Origin: a virus
Taxonomy: Duplodnaviria > Caudoviricetes
Length of the DNA: 55,394 nt
Direction: 5' to 3' (one strand)
Virus record (IMG/VR): IMGVR_UViG_3300048813_000197
Span: 1-55,394 of that record
Shown: piece by piece, positions 37,351-45,832 of the stretch
Layout: the number at the start of each line of letters is the position of its first letter
How positions within the stretch are numbered: position 1 is the first letter of the stretch
Program-made: the position numbers and the translations under genes
Notes under the pieces: model-generated
What the model was told of the DNA's origin: nothing
Seen by the model: only the letters and a program-made list of their open reading frames with translations
The model's database searches: none

Positions 37351-37395
37351 CGAGGCCTTCACCTCGGTCAGGTCTGACGTTTCCGTCACGCCTCG
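37351..37395 (-). ncRNA. candidate three-way-junction leader RNA
   Basis: CGAGGC/GCCUCG enclosing UGACG-GAAA-CGUCA and ACCU-GACCG-AGGU. Confidence 0.4.
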
Positions 37396-37493
37396 AAGCA
37401 AATATCAACCATACTTTTGCGGATTTGTCATAGATGCGGGAGAACTGAAAAAGGAGGTTGGAGTTTGACGGCGATTGTAGGATAATGATGGAT

Positions 37494-37676
37494 ATGAGCC
37501 AAACAAAAAATGCTCCGATGTCCCCCGCGCAAGTAGCTGAGTATCTTCAACTGAATGTGAAAACTATCTATCGACACCTCAAGGCTGGAACTTTGCATGG
37601 TATGCGACTCAGCGACAAGTGCTGGCGGATAGCGGCAAGCGATGTTTACGTCTTTATGCAGAGGGGTCGGCGATGA
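37494..37676 (+). CDS. excisionase-like HTH (HTH_17-type) DNA-binding protein
   Basis: MSPAQVAEYLQLNVKTIYRHLKAGTLHGMRL...WRI; TTGGAG-17-GATAAT-7 nt-ATG upstream. Confidence 0.85.
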   Translation: MSQTKNAPMSPAQVAEYLQLNVKTIYRHLKAGTLHGMRLSDKCWRIAASDVYVFMQRGRR

Positions 37677-38299
37677 ATCACGGTAAGCCGCGACCAGTGC
37701 TGATTCAGCCAGAAGATACCTCTATCCGCCTCATCGCGCTCACTCGGGGTTTTGTTGTCAAAGTTGATGTCTCCGATTATGAAGACTTGATGTGTAATTT
37801 ATGGGGGGTGATGAAGTGCAGGGATAAGTGGTACGCCTACAGAACCCATATAATCAACGGCCAGAAAACTTCGCTCTTACTGCATCGCTACCTGTTGGGC
37901 TTAACGCCTGGTGATGGCATCGTTGTCGATCACGACAACGGAGATGGGCTTGATTGCCGGAGAGATAATCTCCGTAAGGGAGGTACCGCAGAAAACGGGC
38001 AGAATCGCGGCATTCAGGCCAATAACACGTCTGGCTTCAAGGGTGTCACGCCGTACCGTTACAACCCGGAGTTCTGGGTCGCCCAGATAAAAGCATTTGG
38101 AAAGCATAAGCACCTCGGATTATTTAGAGAGAAAGAGAAAGCCGCCCGCGCCTACGATGAGGCTGCTATTCGATTGCATGGAAGATATGCGCGGCTCAAC
38201 TTCCCTGAAGAGCATCCTACTTCTTCCCATGCCCGGCCGCGTGCTGCCCAGCCCCCGCCAACTGCGCCAATTGAATCTTCTCCAGCGCTTCGGCTTTAA
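37673..38299 (+). CDS. HNH-AP2 homing endonuclease
   Basis: VDHDNGDGLDCRRDNLR, NNTSGFKGV, AARAYDEAA..HGRYARLNFP; ATGA coupling. Confidence 0.9.
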   Translation: MNHGKPRPVLIQPEDTSIRLIALTRGFVVKVDVSDYEDLMCNLWGVMKCRDKWYAYRTHIINGQKTSLLLHRYLLGLTPGDGIVVDHDNGDGLDCRRDNLRKGGTAENGQNRGIQANNTSGFKGVTPYRYNPEFWVAQIKAFGKHKHLGLFREKEKAARAYDEAAIRLHGRYARLNFPEEHPTSSHARPRAAQPPPTAPIESSPALRL

Positions 38300-40019
38300 G
38301 TTCGGCTTCGATCCTCTCTTGTTCTGCGATTGGGATTCCGAGTTTCCGGTAAAGAGCTTTTCTGCTTAGGACTCCCATTTTAAGCATCGAAAACGCGATC
38401 TGCACTTCCTCATTCTTCTCGATGGCGAGCAAGCTGCCCTTGCGGATAGAGAACACCGCCTGGCGCACGAACTGCTCCGGCTCCATACCCTTCGCCATCG
38501 AAAACCACTGGCCGAAGGGCTGCTCAAAGTCGGCGTCCGTCAGACCCTTGGTGCCGAATTTAGCGATCCGGCTCTTCGAGGTAGAGAATTGCATGATGTT
38601 CGAGGCGACCTGGGTGCCGGTATCGGTGAGGAATGAGTAGAGGCCCCGGCCCATGAAGCGCACGGGGATCGATCTGGAATTCAGGATCATCTCCAAAGAG
38701 TCGCCGCCCGGCACCTGCTTTTTCTGGAGAGATTGATTGATGGCCGACGCGCCAGAGGTCATTTCCTGCTCTTTCTCGACACCCTCCTTCATCTGGAGAA
38801 CGTAGGCCGGCAACTCGGCGGGCTTGGGGAAAGACGGTTCCCGCGGCGTGTTGTTGTTGTACATCATCTTCGAACCGGGCGCGCCGGGATCCATCGAATC
38901 CCAGACGGACTGCGCGAATGCCGCCTTCGGCGCCACGATCCTCGGCTCGATCACGGCGCGAATCATGTCCATCAGTCCGCCGTTGATCCGGTTTACGATG
39001 TCGGACATTTGGGCAATGGGTTCCAAAGGGCTAACTCCCTGCGAAGACCACGGAACCCGAATCAGCCGGAGTTTGGCGAAAGGAAACATGCCATGCCAAT
39101 AGGGATTGCATTGGTCCTGGAGAACCTTGCCGCCGGCGACAATCAGGAATCGGCCGCGCGGATACCACGGCTCTCCCGGTTCGACAAGATACGACCAGTT
39201 GTACCGCTCGTCGCCTACGCGCTTCGTCTCGGAACCCTCGTTGATCGAAGCGTCCTTGAACCAGAACTGTTTGAGCATCGCCTTCGGATAGCGGCTGCGC
39301 TTGCCGTCCAACTGCCGCTTGCCGAGCATCTTCTTCAACTGCGGATTCAGCCGGACCCATGACGCCTGCGACATCTTGCCTGGCCGCGACACTTCACCAG
39401 TTGGCTCGTTGGTCTCGAGGTCGGCTTGCACATCGTTCGCCAGCTCGCCAAACGTCCGCTTGAGAGTTTCGATCGTCACCGGCCAGCGGCCAATGACGCA
39501 TTCGTCATCCTGCAGCTTCTTCCCCGCGCCGATACTCATCACATTCAGCGGTCCAAGGGGCATGAACTCGTTGTCCCCCATCCCGTTGTTCATCGCTCCG
39601 TTCCACTGGATTTTGGCGAATCCCGTGTGGAGCAGCGCCCACATGACGGACTGGGTGAGCTCCGCTTCGAAGTCCGTCACCTGCGCCCACATCGTAATCA
39701 TCTCGTTGAGCAGGGTCTGGAGAGCGGTGAATTGCTCGTCTTCGTTGTGGAATTTGACCTGGAAGTCCGGCTCGATGTCGGTAAGAATGCCCGCCATTTC
39801 CATGAACTGCCGGAAGAGGCGATTGACGGTTGGCCGGCTGCGGCCGTAGCGGGATTTGGCATTCCACTGCTGGCCGGAGATGTAGTCGATGAGCCGGGAT
39901 GTCAGCCGAATTTCGCGGGAGTCGGCCAGTTCCCGCTCCGCTTCGTCGTAAACGGAGTCCGACCAGGCGAGAACTTCCCGCTCCAGCGCTGCTTCCGGTC
40001 TCTCTGTCGAATCGGCCAT
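38217..40019 (-). CDS. portal protein (P22-like)
   Basis: 600 aa between terminase and scaffold; YISGQQW, PTVNRL, GFAKIQW, NPY..FPF motifs. Confidence 0.9.
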   Translation of the reverse strand: MADSTERPEAALEREVLAWSDSVYDEAERELADSREIRLTSRLIDYISGQQWNAKSRYGRSRPTVNRLFRQFMEMAGILTDIEPDFQVKFHNEDEQFTALQTLLNEMITMWAQVTDFEAELTQSVMWALLHTGFAKIQWNGAMNNGMGDNEFMPLGPLNVMSIGAGKKLQDDECVIGRWPVTIETLKRTFGELANDVQADLETNEPTGEVSRPGKMSQASWVRLNPQLKKMLGKRQLDGKRSRYPKAMLKQFWFKDASINEGSETKRVGDERYNWSYLVEPGEPWYPRGRFLIVAGGKVLQDQCNPYWHGMFPFAKLRLIRVPWSSQGVSPLEPIAQMSDIVNRINGGLMDMIRAVIEPRIVAPKAAFAQSVWDSMDPGAPGSKMMYNNNTPREPSFPKPAELPAYVLQMKEGVEKEQEMTSGASAINQSLQKKQVPGGDSLEMILNSRSIPVRFMGRGLYSFLTDTGTQVASNIMQFSTSKSRIAKFGTKGLTDADFEQPFGQWFSMAKGMEPEQFVRQAVFSIRKGSLLAIEKNEEVQIAFSMLKMGVLSRKALYRKLGIPIAEQERIEAELKAEALEKIQLAQLAGAGQHAAGHGKK

Positions 40020-40080
40020 CGCGTTGGAGTTTACCTGAATCTTTGAGGTTTAGAGGGGGGATGCGGGAGAAAACTTGGAA

Positions 40081-40581
40081 TCAGGCGCCGGACATCGCCT
40101 TGCTGAATCTCTCCTCCCATTCATTCAACTTCGCGACCAGATTCTCGTTTTGGCCGGAAAGCTCCTTGACCTGCTCGGCTGTCGCAATCATTTCCGCGCC
40201 GTTTTTCACTCCGAGTTTCCGCAGTTTCTCCGCCTGCTGCCCATCAATGAGAACCGGCGCGCCGGCCATACAGGCTCGGATGATCGACCCGATGGTGGGA
40301 TGGAAGCGCTCGCCGAGGGCATCCTTGGCTTTCATCAGGCATTCCTGGTTGACCCAGATTTCAACCTTCACATCACCGGGTCCGGGTGCAAATCTGACTT
40401 CGGTCTTGATCATGTCGGGGTTCATGGCCCAGAACTGCGCGTGGGAAAGCCGATGACCCATCAGGCAGAAAGCGTTTGCATTGTCGCGCATCGCTTCGAC
40501 TGTGGGTGAGCCCTGGTTACGGCACATTGGGCAATAAGCCCCGGTTACGTTATCGCCTACAAACTTTGGTAGAACAGGCAT
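40081..40581 (-). CDS. hypothetical protein (Zn-binding N-terminus, coiled C-terminus)
   Basis: CPMC..CLMGH; RBS AGGAG before ATG 40581. Confidence 0.7.
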   Translation of the reverse strand: MPVLPKFVGDNVTGAYCPMCRNQGSPTVEAMRDNANAFCLMGHRLSHAQFWAMNPDMIKTEVRFAPGPGDVKVEIWVNQECLMKAKDALGERFHPTIGSIIRACMAGAPVLIDGQQAEKLRKLGVKNGAEMIATAEQVKELSGQNENLVAKLNEWEERFSKAMSGA

Positions 40582-40589
40582 CTCGTCTC

Positions 40590-40802
40590 CTATCTCACTT
40601 CTTTGATTTCGCCGATGTAAAACGAATTTTGCAGGTAAGTCTTCCCGCTTGCGCCGCGCTTGTAAAACTCCCACGATCTTCCATCCGCGCTCGACCAATA
40701 GAAATGCATCCGACCCATCCGGTTCCGTTTCTTGCACAGGCGATTGCCGGGGATTGCAGCCATCGCCAGAGATACGAGCAAGCAGTTGCCGGGAAATTTC
40801 AT
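40590..40802 (-). CDS. hypothetical protein
   Basis: Abuts terL stop and fills the operon gap. Confidence 0.6.
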   Translation of the reverse strand: MKFPGNCLLVSLAMAAIPGNRLCKKRNRMGRMHFYWSSADGRSWEFYKRGASGKTYLQNSFYIGEIKEVR

Positions 40803-42941
40803 TTACCAATCCTCGCCGTAGTCATCGCCCATCTTCGGACCCGCAGCAGCCATCGCACTCTTATAAGCCCATATTACATCCGGAGTGATCTCCGTTGAGT
40901 GTAAACCGTGCCGCAGGTGAAGGTCTTTTTCCACACCCATAGCGTCGAAGATCGGGCTAAAAAGCGTGTTCGCGTTGCAAACAAGAATCGGCCGGACACT
41001 CCAGCCCGCTTTACCGAGAATCACCTTGTCCGCTTCCGCCTGGGTGTTGTATTGACCGCGCTGGCGCATGATGTTGTCGTAGACGCCGTAGATGTGCAGC
41101 TCGCCCGTGGAGCGGACTTTTTCCGTTGAGGCCGAAGTCTTCAGGTGCTTCGTCGTCTCGCGCAGGCAATAGAGGCCGATCATGCCCGACATCACGGAAT
41201 CGTCATTGTTGCCTTGCCCCTCAGACCTGCCATCCGTTTCCATCGCCGCGAAGTCGATCATCTCGTCGAGCATGTCAGCGTCTCGAATGACAACCGTATG
41301 GTCGAGCAGCGCCTCATTCATGCAGCCAATGATCTCGTCGCGGGTCTTCGAGTTGGTCAGCCAGTGGAGGTAATTTGTCGCCTGGTTGGTGATCTTGTCT
41401 TTGAATTGCGGCCGGTAGAGGTTCGGATAGTCGAGGTCACGCAGCTCGTTGCCGGTCGTGATACCGTCTTTCATATACTCGACGGCGATCTCCGCGTTGT
41501 TATAGAAAATTCCGATGGCGGCGCCAACGTGTGCGAACTTCTTTGGCGGGATCCATCCCCACCATGTTGCCGCAATCGAATCCGGCTCCATGCCCTGCCC
41601 GGCCCGCCACACGGTCGCCATCGAGTAGTCGCCACCGTTGCCGAGCGCCACGTCCATCGAGACATAGTAGGTTTCGTTTGCTTCCGGCATCTCCCAGATG
41701 AACAGCCGTTTTCCGCCCCTGCCGGACTTGCGCTTCGGTAAGTCGTGTTTGTCCTTCACCGCGGCGATGTCGTCGGTGTTGATGCGCGGCGGCTCCATCG
41801 AGACGAGTGTGATTTCGCCGGCAAACAGTGGATCGCATACCTTGTTCATCTCCTGCCATTCGAGCGAGTCGCGGTCGAAGGCGCAGAGACCCGATGATTG
41901 GAATGCTTCGTTCGGGGTCAGCGGATACGACTCGAGGAAGCCGGCCTTCTTCCCTTTGCGCTTGGCAGCCCGCATGCGGTTGCGGCGGAAGTCCCAGAAC
42001 GTATCTGGAATCTCGAAGTCCTCTTCTTTCAGTATCCGCGCATTGAAGGTGATTTCGTCGTCGGCGAGCTCAAACGTCTCCGGCATGTTCTCCGGCAACG
42101 TGTAATACTTTTTGACTTTGTAAACCGGAATCCAGACGGCGCGCATGTCGCTATCGCCATCGACCGCCGCGCACCATTCGTCGTAGAACAGACCCTGGCG
42201 ACCGTAGCCGGTAGATTCGAAAACTTGGTAGGTGTCGCGCGCGTTCATCGACGGTTTGATGTCACCCTCATACACCTCGTCATTCGGCCAGCGGCTAACC
42301 TCTGAAGCGTGGAGAGCTCGAATCGATCGACCAATGGCAACGCCGGAAGTTTTCGTCGCGGCCGACACCTGGAGTCCTGATCCAAGGCCCGGGTCCACCA
42401 TGCGCTCTTTTTCGTCGCTGCGCTGGAACTCGATGCCGCCGTTCTTTGTTTTGTACATCCATTCCGGCTTCATCCACCACGGCAGATTCGCGTAGGCGTT
42501 CAAGCTCATCTGGTAGATGTACTCGGAGGTGTCGTCATTCTGCGCGACGATCATGGTGAAGCAGTGGGGTGTGAACATGGTGTGGTGGAGCATGGAGGCC
42601 GCCGTCCACACACTGATGCCGGTCTGGCGGGGTTTGAGGACGATGATCTTGCAATAGCCGTGCTCGGTCCACTCTTCCTGAATCGCCTCGTACAAAATTT
42701 CCTGATGGTCCCAGAACGGAAAGAGGGTCTTCAGTTGGCCATGCTCTGTCTTGATGATGTGGTAGTTCTCGAGGTAGTAGCGCAGGTCTAAGGCTTTTCC
42801 AACTTCATTTTCAATGAACTGCAATCCGCCGGAAGGCAACTCTGCCCAGGCTCGCGCGATGTCCTGTCCGCAGCGCAGGTAGTGGTCCTGCAGAACTTCG
42901 ATTTCATCGTTGAGACCGGGATTTCTACGAGGTACTCTCAT
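40803..42941 (-). CDS. terL: terminase large subunit
   Basis: LKPRQTGIS Walker A, LHASEV Walker B, FESTG, nuclease YYVSMDVALG / AVE / NDDSVMS; RBS GGAGG before ATG 42941. Confidence 0.95.
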   Translation of the reverse strand: MRVPRRNPGLNDEIEVLQDHYLRCGQDIARAWAELPSGGLQFIENEVGKALDLRYYLENYHIIKTEHGQLKTLFPFWDHQEILYEAIQEEWTEHGYCKIIVLKPRQTGISVWTAASMLHHTMFTPHCFTMIVAQNDDTSEYIYQMSLNAYANLPWWMKPEWMYKTKNGGIEFQRSDEKERMVDPGLGSGLQVSAATKTSGVAIGRSIRALHASEVSRWPNDEVYEGDIKPSMNARDTYQVFESTGYGRQGLFYDEWCAAVDGDSDMRAVWIPVYKVKKYYTLPENMPETFELADDEITFNARILKEEDFEIPDTFWDFRRNRMRAAKRKGKKAGFLESYPLTPNEAFQSSGLCAFDRDSLEWQEMNKVCDPLFAGEITLVSMEPPRINTDDIAAVKDKHDLPKRKSGRGGKRLFIWEMPEANETYYVSMDVALGNGGDYSMATVWRAGQGMEPDSIAATWWGWIPPKKFAHVGAAIGIFYNNAEIAVEYMKDGITTGNELRDLDYPNLYRPQFKDKITNQATNYLHWLTNSKTRDEIIGCMNEALLDHTVVIRDADMLDEMIDFAAMETDGRSEGQGNNDDSVMSGMIGLYCLRETTKHLKTSASTEKVRSTGELHIYGVYDNIMRQRGQYNTQAEADKVILGKAGWSVRPILVCNANTLFSPIFDAMGVEKDLHLRHGLHSTEITPDVIWAYKSAMAAAGPKMGDDYGEDW

Positions 42942-43284
42942 TTTTGACCTCCTCGATTTTCTCTTGCTCAACCGGATACGCGCTCTCCAACAACTTAGAC
43001 ATCGCCTCTTCGATAGCGCACGCCATCGCTAAAGCGCCGTTGTTGTAATCGGTATCTGGCCTATAGGATCGGTCAAGGTTTGGTTTGAAGGGTATTGGTT
43101 TTATTGGCTCCGCTATCCACTCGCCGGTATACCGCTCAGCAACAACCATTCCTTGCTTGCCGCTGTAAGGGTTAAAACAGATTTTCACTCGGGAAAATCT
43201 CTTGTTGAGATCGAAGTACCCCTCAACCGCACGTTTTGGTTTTATCGCTTGACTCGTCTTTCGCAGAATCGATTCAAAACTCAT
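42925..43284 (-). CDS. hypothetical protein starting with a TerS-like peptide
   Basis: ATGA coupling to terS; MSFESILRK. Confidence 0.65.
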   Translation of the reverse strand: MSFESILRKTSQAIKPKRAVEGYFDLNKRFSRVKICFNPYSGKQGMVVAERYTGEWIAEPIKPIPFKPNLDRSYRPDTDYNNGALAMACAIEEAMSKLLESAYPVEQEKIEEVKNESTS

Positions 43285-43952
43285 TCGCCTTCCTCCTCGT
43301 CTTCGTTGTCGTCATCATCGCCCGATCCACCGAAGTCCTTAAACTCATCCGCAATCGACTCTTCATGCGTCAACTCGGCTTCGATCAACTGCGCTTCCTG
43401 TGAATTAATGAGACCCTTCTCCTCGCGCTTCTTCCGGAGAATAGCCTCGAAGCTCATTCCGCCGCCGTTGCCGCCGCCGGGCGAACCGAAATTGTTTTGT
43501 TGGTTGTTTTGAATGAGCGGACCTTTGGGATGAATGGTTTCGATTGCCGAGCGGATCTCGGTCGCGGTCTTCAACTGCATCGCCATATCCGGCTTCGAGG
43601 TAATCTTGCCGGTTTCTCTATCGATGTGAACGACCTTTGTTGCCTTCATGCCGCGCTGGTAAACAAGCGCTACATCATCCAACTGATCTGTGATTATTTC
43701 AATAAACTTGGTGTCGAGAAATGCGGATGAGTTGCGAAATTTCCACTCTTTAACGTACTCGAGTGAGGCTTGTACGATAGGCACGCTGGTATTTTCTCGT
43801 TTTGCGATCTGCTCCTCAGTAAGACCTAAACTGTCGTGCATGTACCAACGGCGCAGGTCGGTGTCCCCTGGACTCGGCATAGCCTTCCGTGGAGCTTTTA
43901 AGCGGTTAATGATGGATAGGGATGTTTCCTTTTTTTTCCTAGCGACCGGCAT
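43281..43952 (-). CDS. terS: probable terminase small subunit
   Basis: N-terminal HTH (GLTEEQIAKRENTS), helical core, QNNQQNN linker, acidic tail; upstream of terL. Confidence 0.65.
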   Translation of the reverse strand: MPVARKKKETSLSIINRLKAPRKAMPSPGDTDLRRWYMHDSLGLTEEQIAKRENTSVPIVQASLEYVKEWKFRNSSAFLDTKFIEIITDQLDDVALVYQRGMKATKVVHIDRETGKITSKPDMAMQLKTATEIRSAIETIHPKGPLIQNNQQNNFGSPGGGNGGGMSFEAILRKKREEKGLINSQEAQLIEAELTHEESIADEFKDFGGSGDDDDNEDEEEGE

Positions 43953-43954
43953 AG

Positions 43955-44584
43955 TTAGACCTCGGCTGGCGATTCGGTGAATTGTGAGGCTTGCTCGACC
44001 ATATCGGCTTCCTGATCCATGCGCGCTGTCGGACTCACAGAGTATGCGGAAGGCGGCCCGGCGAACTGACTATCTTCGGGCGCAAATGCTTCATCCGGAA
44101 GATCGGACGGCCCGGGATTTCCTGCGCTCAAAATCAACTCTTGGAAGACACTGATAGCTTTCTCCGCGCGAATCGAAACATTGGTCAGCCGCACAGCCAC
44201 AGTCTGCAAGGCGTCGGCATTGATCTTGGAGATAGCCACGCCAATGTCTGCTTTGAATTGGTCAAGGGTCGCTCGCAGTTCTTTGGTTTGCGTCTCGGTC
44301 GCCGCTTTCCAAGCGCCTTGCTGTCCTTCGAGCGAGGTCTTCACCTCGTTGCGGATTGCGCCGAAACTCGACTTCGCGGATTCGATGGATGTCCGACTCT
44401 CTGCCTGGTGGGATTGCAGGAGTTTTTGAGTCTCTGCGTAGACTGCCGCCGCTTGCTGCTGAGCTGCCGTGAGGTCTTTTCTCAGCCGCATGGCGAGCCA
44501 GATAAGCACGGCCAGACCCGCGAGGAGTGTGAAGAGAAATAAGGCTGCGAGGACGGAAATGGCCACAATCCCAATAAGACTCAT
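43955..44584 (-). CDS. N-terminally membrane-anchored coiled-coil protein
   Basis: About 30-aa hydrophobic N-terminus then long heptads. Confidence 0.75.
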   Translation of the reverse strand: MSLIGIVAISVLAALFLFTLLAGLAVLIWLAMRLRKDLTAAQQQAAAVYAETQKLLQSHQAESRTSIESAKSSFGAIRNEVKTSLEGQQGAWKAATETQTKELRATLDQFKADIGVAISKINADALQTVAVRLTNVSIRAEKAISVFQELILSAGNPGPSDLPDEAFAPEDSQFAGPPSAYSVSPTARMDQEADMVEQASQFTESPAEV

Positions 44585-44641
44585 GGATTGAATTTACACT
44601 CACTGGTTTCGCTTGCAAAGAGATTTTTGGGATGGTAGTCT
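44585..44641. promoter_or_regulatory. divergent promoters sharing one palindromic TTGCAA -35
   Basis: Minus: TTGCAA-16-TAAATT-6-ATG; plus: TTGCAA-17-TAGTCT. Confidence 0.6.
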
Positions 44642-44758
44642 ATTTTCGTCCTGCCTGCCGGGCTTGGACATCAGGTGCTTGGGGTCGCTCCCTGAGCCGA
44701 CAAAGTGGTGGGGAGGGGGTCTCGACTCTTCCCCGCCAGCCTCTTCGAGAGGGAGATA

Positions 44759-45319
44759 ATGGCTCTATCAAAGTCTTTGCGTTTTGAAGTTTTCGCCCGA
44801 GATTCTTTCACTTGCCAATACTGCGGTCGCCGCCCGCCAGAGGTTGTGTTGGAGTGCGACCATATCCACCCACAGTCGAAGGGGGGATGTGACGACCCAA
44901 TAAATCTCATCACATCTTGCTCTGATTGCAATCGCGGCAAACGAGACAGAATTATTTCTGAAATCGCTCCACGTCCCGATGCTGATCTAATGTATCTGCA
45001 TGTCCAACAAGAAATCGCTGAAGCAGAGCGATATTTAGCAGCAAAGAAAAGGCGAGATAAAGCGCAAGCTAAACTCCGCAAAGCCCTGATTGAATTATGG
45101 AATCAACAACTCGATTCCGCCCCTCCGTTTATTCCTATTTGGGATTCATGGATTACAAAATACGGCTGCGAAGAAGTTGAGATAGCCATCAATAAAACCG
45201 GCGCTAGGGCACGATTTGGGGATCTGAAAGTTAGCGGAGAATCAAGTAAACAAGAGCGATATGGGCGATATGTAAGCGCGATTTTGCGCGACCGCTGGGA
45301 GGCGAAGGATAAAAAATGA
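44759..45319 (+). CDS. HNH endonuclease (McrA-like Zn-HNH) with helical C-terminus
   Basis: RFEVFARDSFTCQYCG, ECDHIHPQSKGG...NLITSCSDCNRGK. Confidence 0.9.
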   Translation: MALSKSLRFEVFARDSFTCQYCGRRPPEVVLECDHIHPQSKGGCDDPINLITSCSDCNRGKRDRIISEIAPRPDADLMYLHVQQEIAEAERYLAAKKRRDKAQAKLRKALIELWNQQLDSAPPFIPIWDSWITKYGCEEVEIAINKTGARARFGDLKVSGESSKQERYGRYVSAILRDRWEAKDKK

Positions 45320-45690
45320 AATCCTCTCCAGCTTTCCAATTTTACGCCGCCGAATATCTTGCCGACGAGAATGTTGCCCTGATGTCCCTCGAAGAAGAGG
45401 GAGCTTACATCCGCGCCATCGCCTATTGTTGGCGAGAAGGTAGTATCCCCGCTAACGAAACCAAACTTCAACGACTCCTGAAAAATGCTTCAACCACCGT
45501 TATAAGGGTGGTTACAAATTGCTTCAACCAACATCCAACCGACTCAGAAAGACTGGTCCATCCGCGACTTGAGCAAGAGCGCGAGAAGCAGCGTCTCTGG
45601 AAGGAAAAATCATCGCAAGGTGGGAAGAAATCGGCTGATGTGAAGAAAACAAACAAGATACATGATATTGGAGAATTTAAGGGTGGTTGA
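45316..45690 (+). CDS. DUF1376/YdaU-family replication initiator, short or truncated
   Basis: PAFQFYAAEYL...MSLEEEGAYI...W..GSIP...LVHPRLEQER...S.GGKKS. Confidence 0.8.
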   Translation: MKSSPAFQFYAAEYLADENVALMSLEEEGAYIRAIAYCWREGSIPANETKLQRLLKNASTTVIRVVTNCFNQHPTDSERLVHPRLEQEREKQRLWKEKSSQGGKKSADVKKTNKIHDIGEFKGG

Positions 45691-45710
45691 ACCACCGTTG
45701 TAAGGGTGGT
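45492..45710. repeat. iteron-like inverted/direct repeats, candidate origin
   Basis: AACCACCGTT at 45492 and 45690; AAGGGTGGT at 45504, 45679, 45702. Confidence 0.6.
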
Positions 45711-45832
45711 AGTACACTTCTTCTTCAATCTTCATATTGCGTTTGTCTGGCTTTCGTGCCTCTTATCAGCAGTATTCTTCTAACCCACTATTGGTGGCAA
45801 AACATCGATTTTTAGGCCTGAAAGGAAAGTGA

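Noticed and set aside
37351-37395. Hammerhead ribozyme
   Set aside because: CUGACCGA and GAAA are not in the CUGANGA/GAAA core arrangement
37494-37676. Evidence of an integration module
   Set aside because: No tyrosine or serine integrase or att-like site recognised in the window
42960-43010. LLESAYP resembling TerL FLESYP, and YPVE shared with 51482..51805
   Set aside because: Too short and gapped to distinguish from chance
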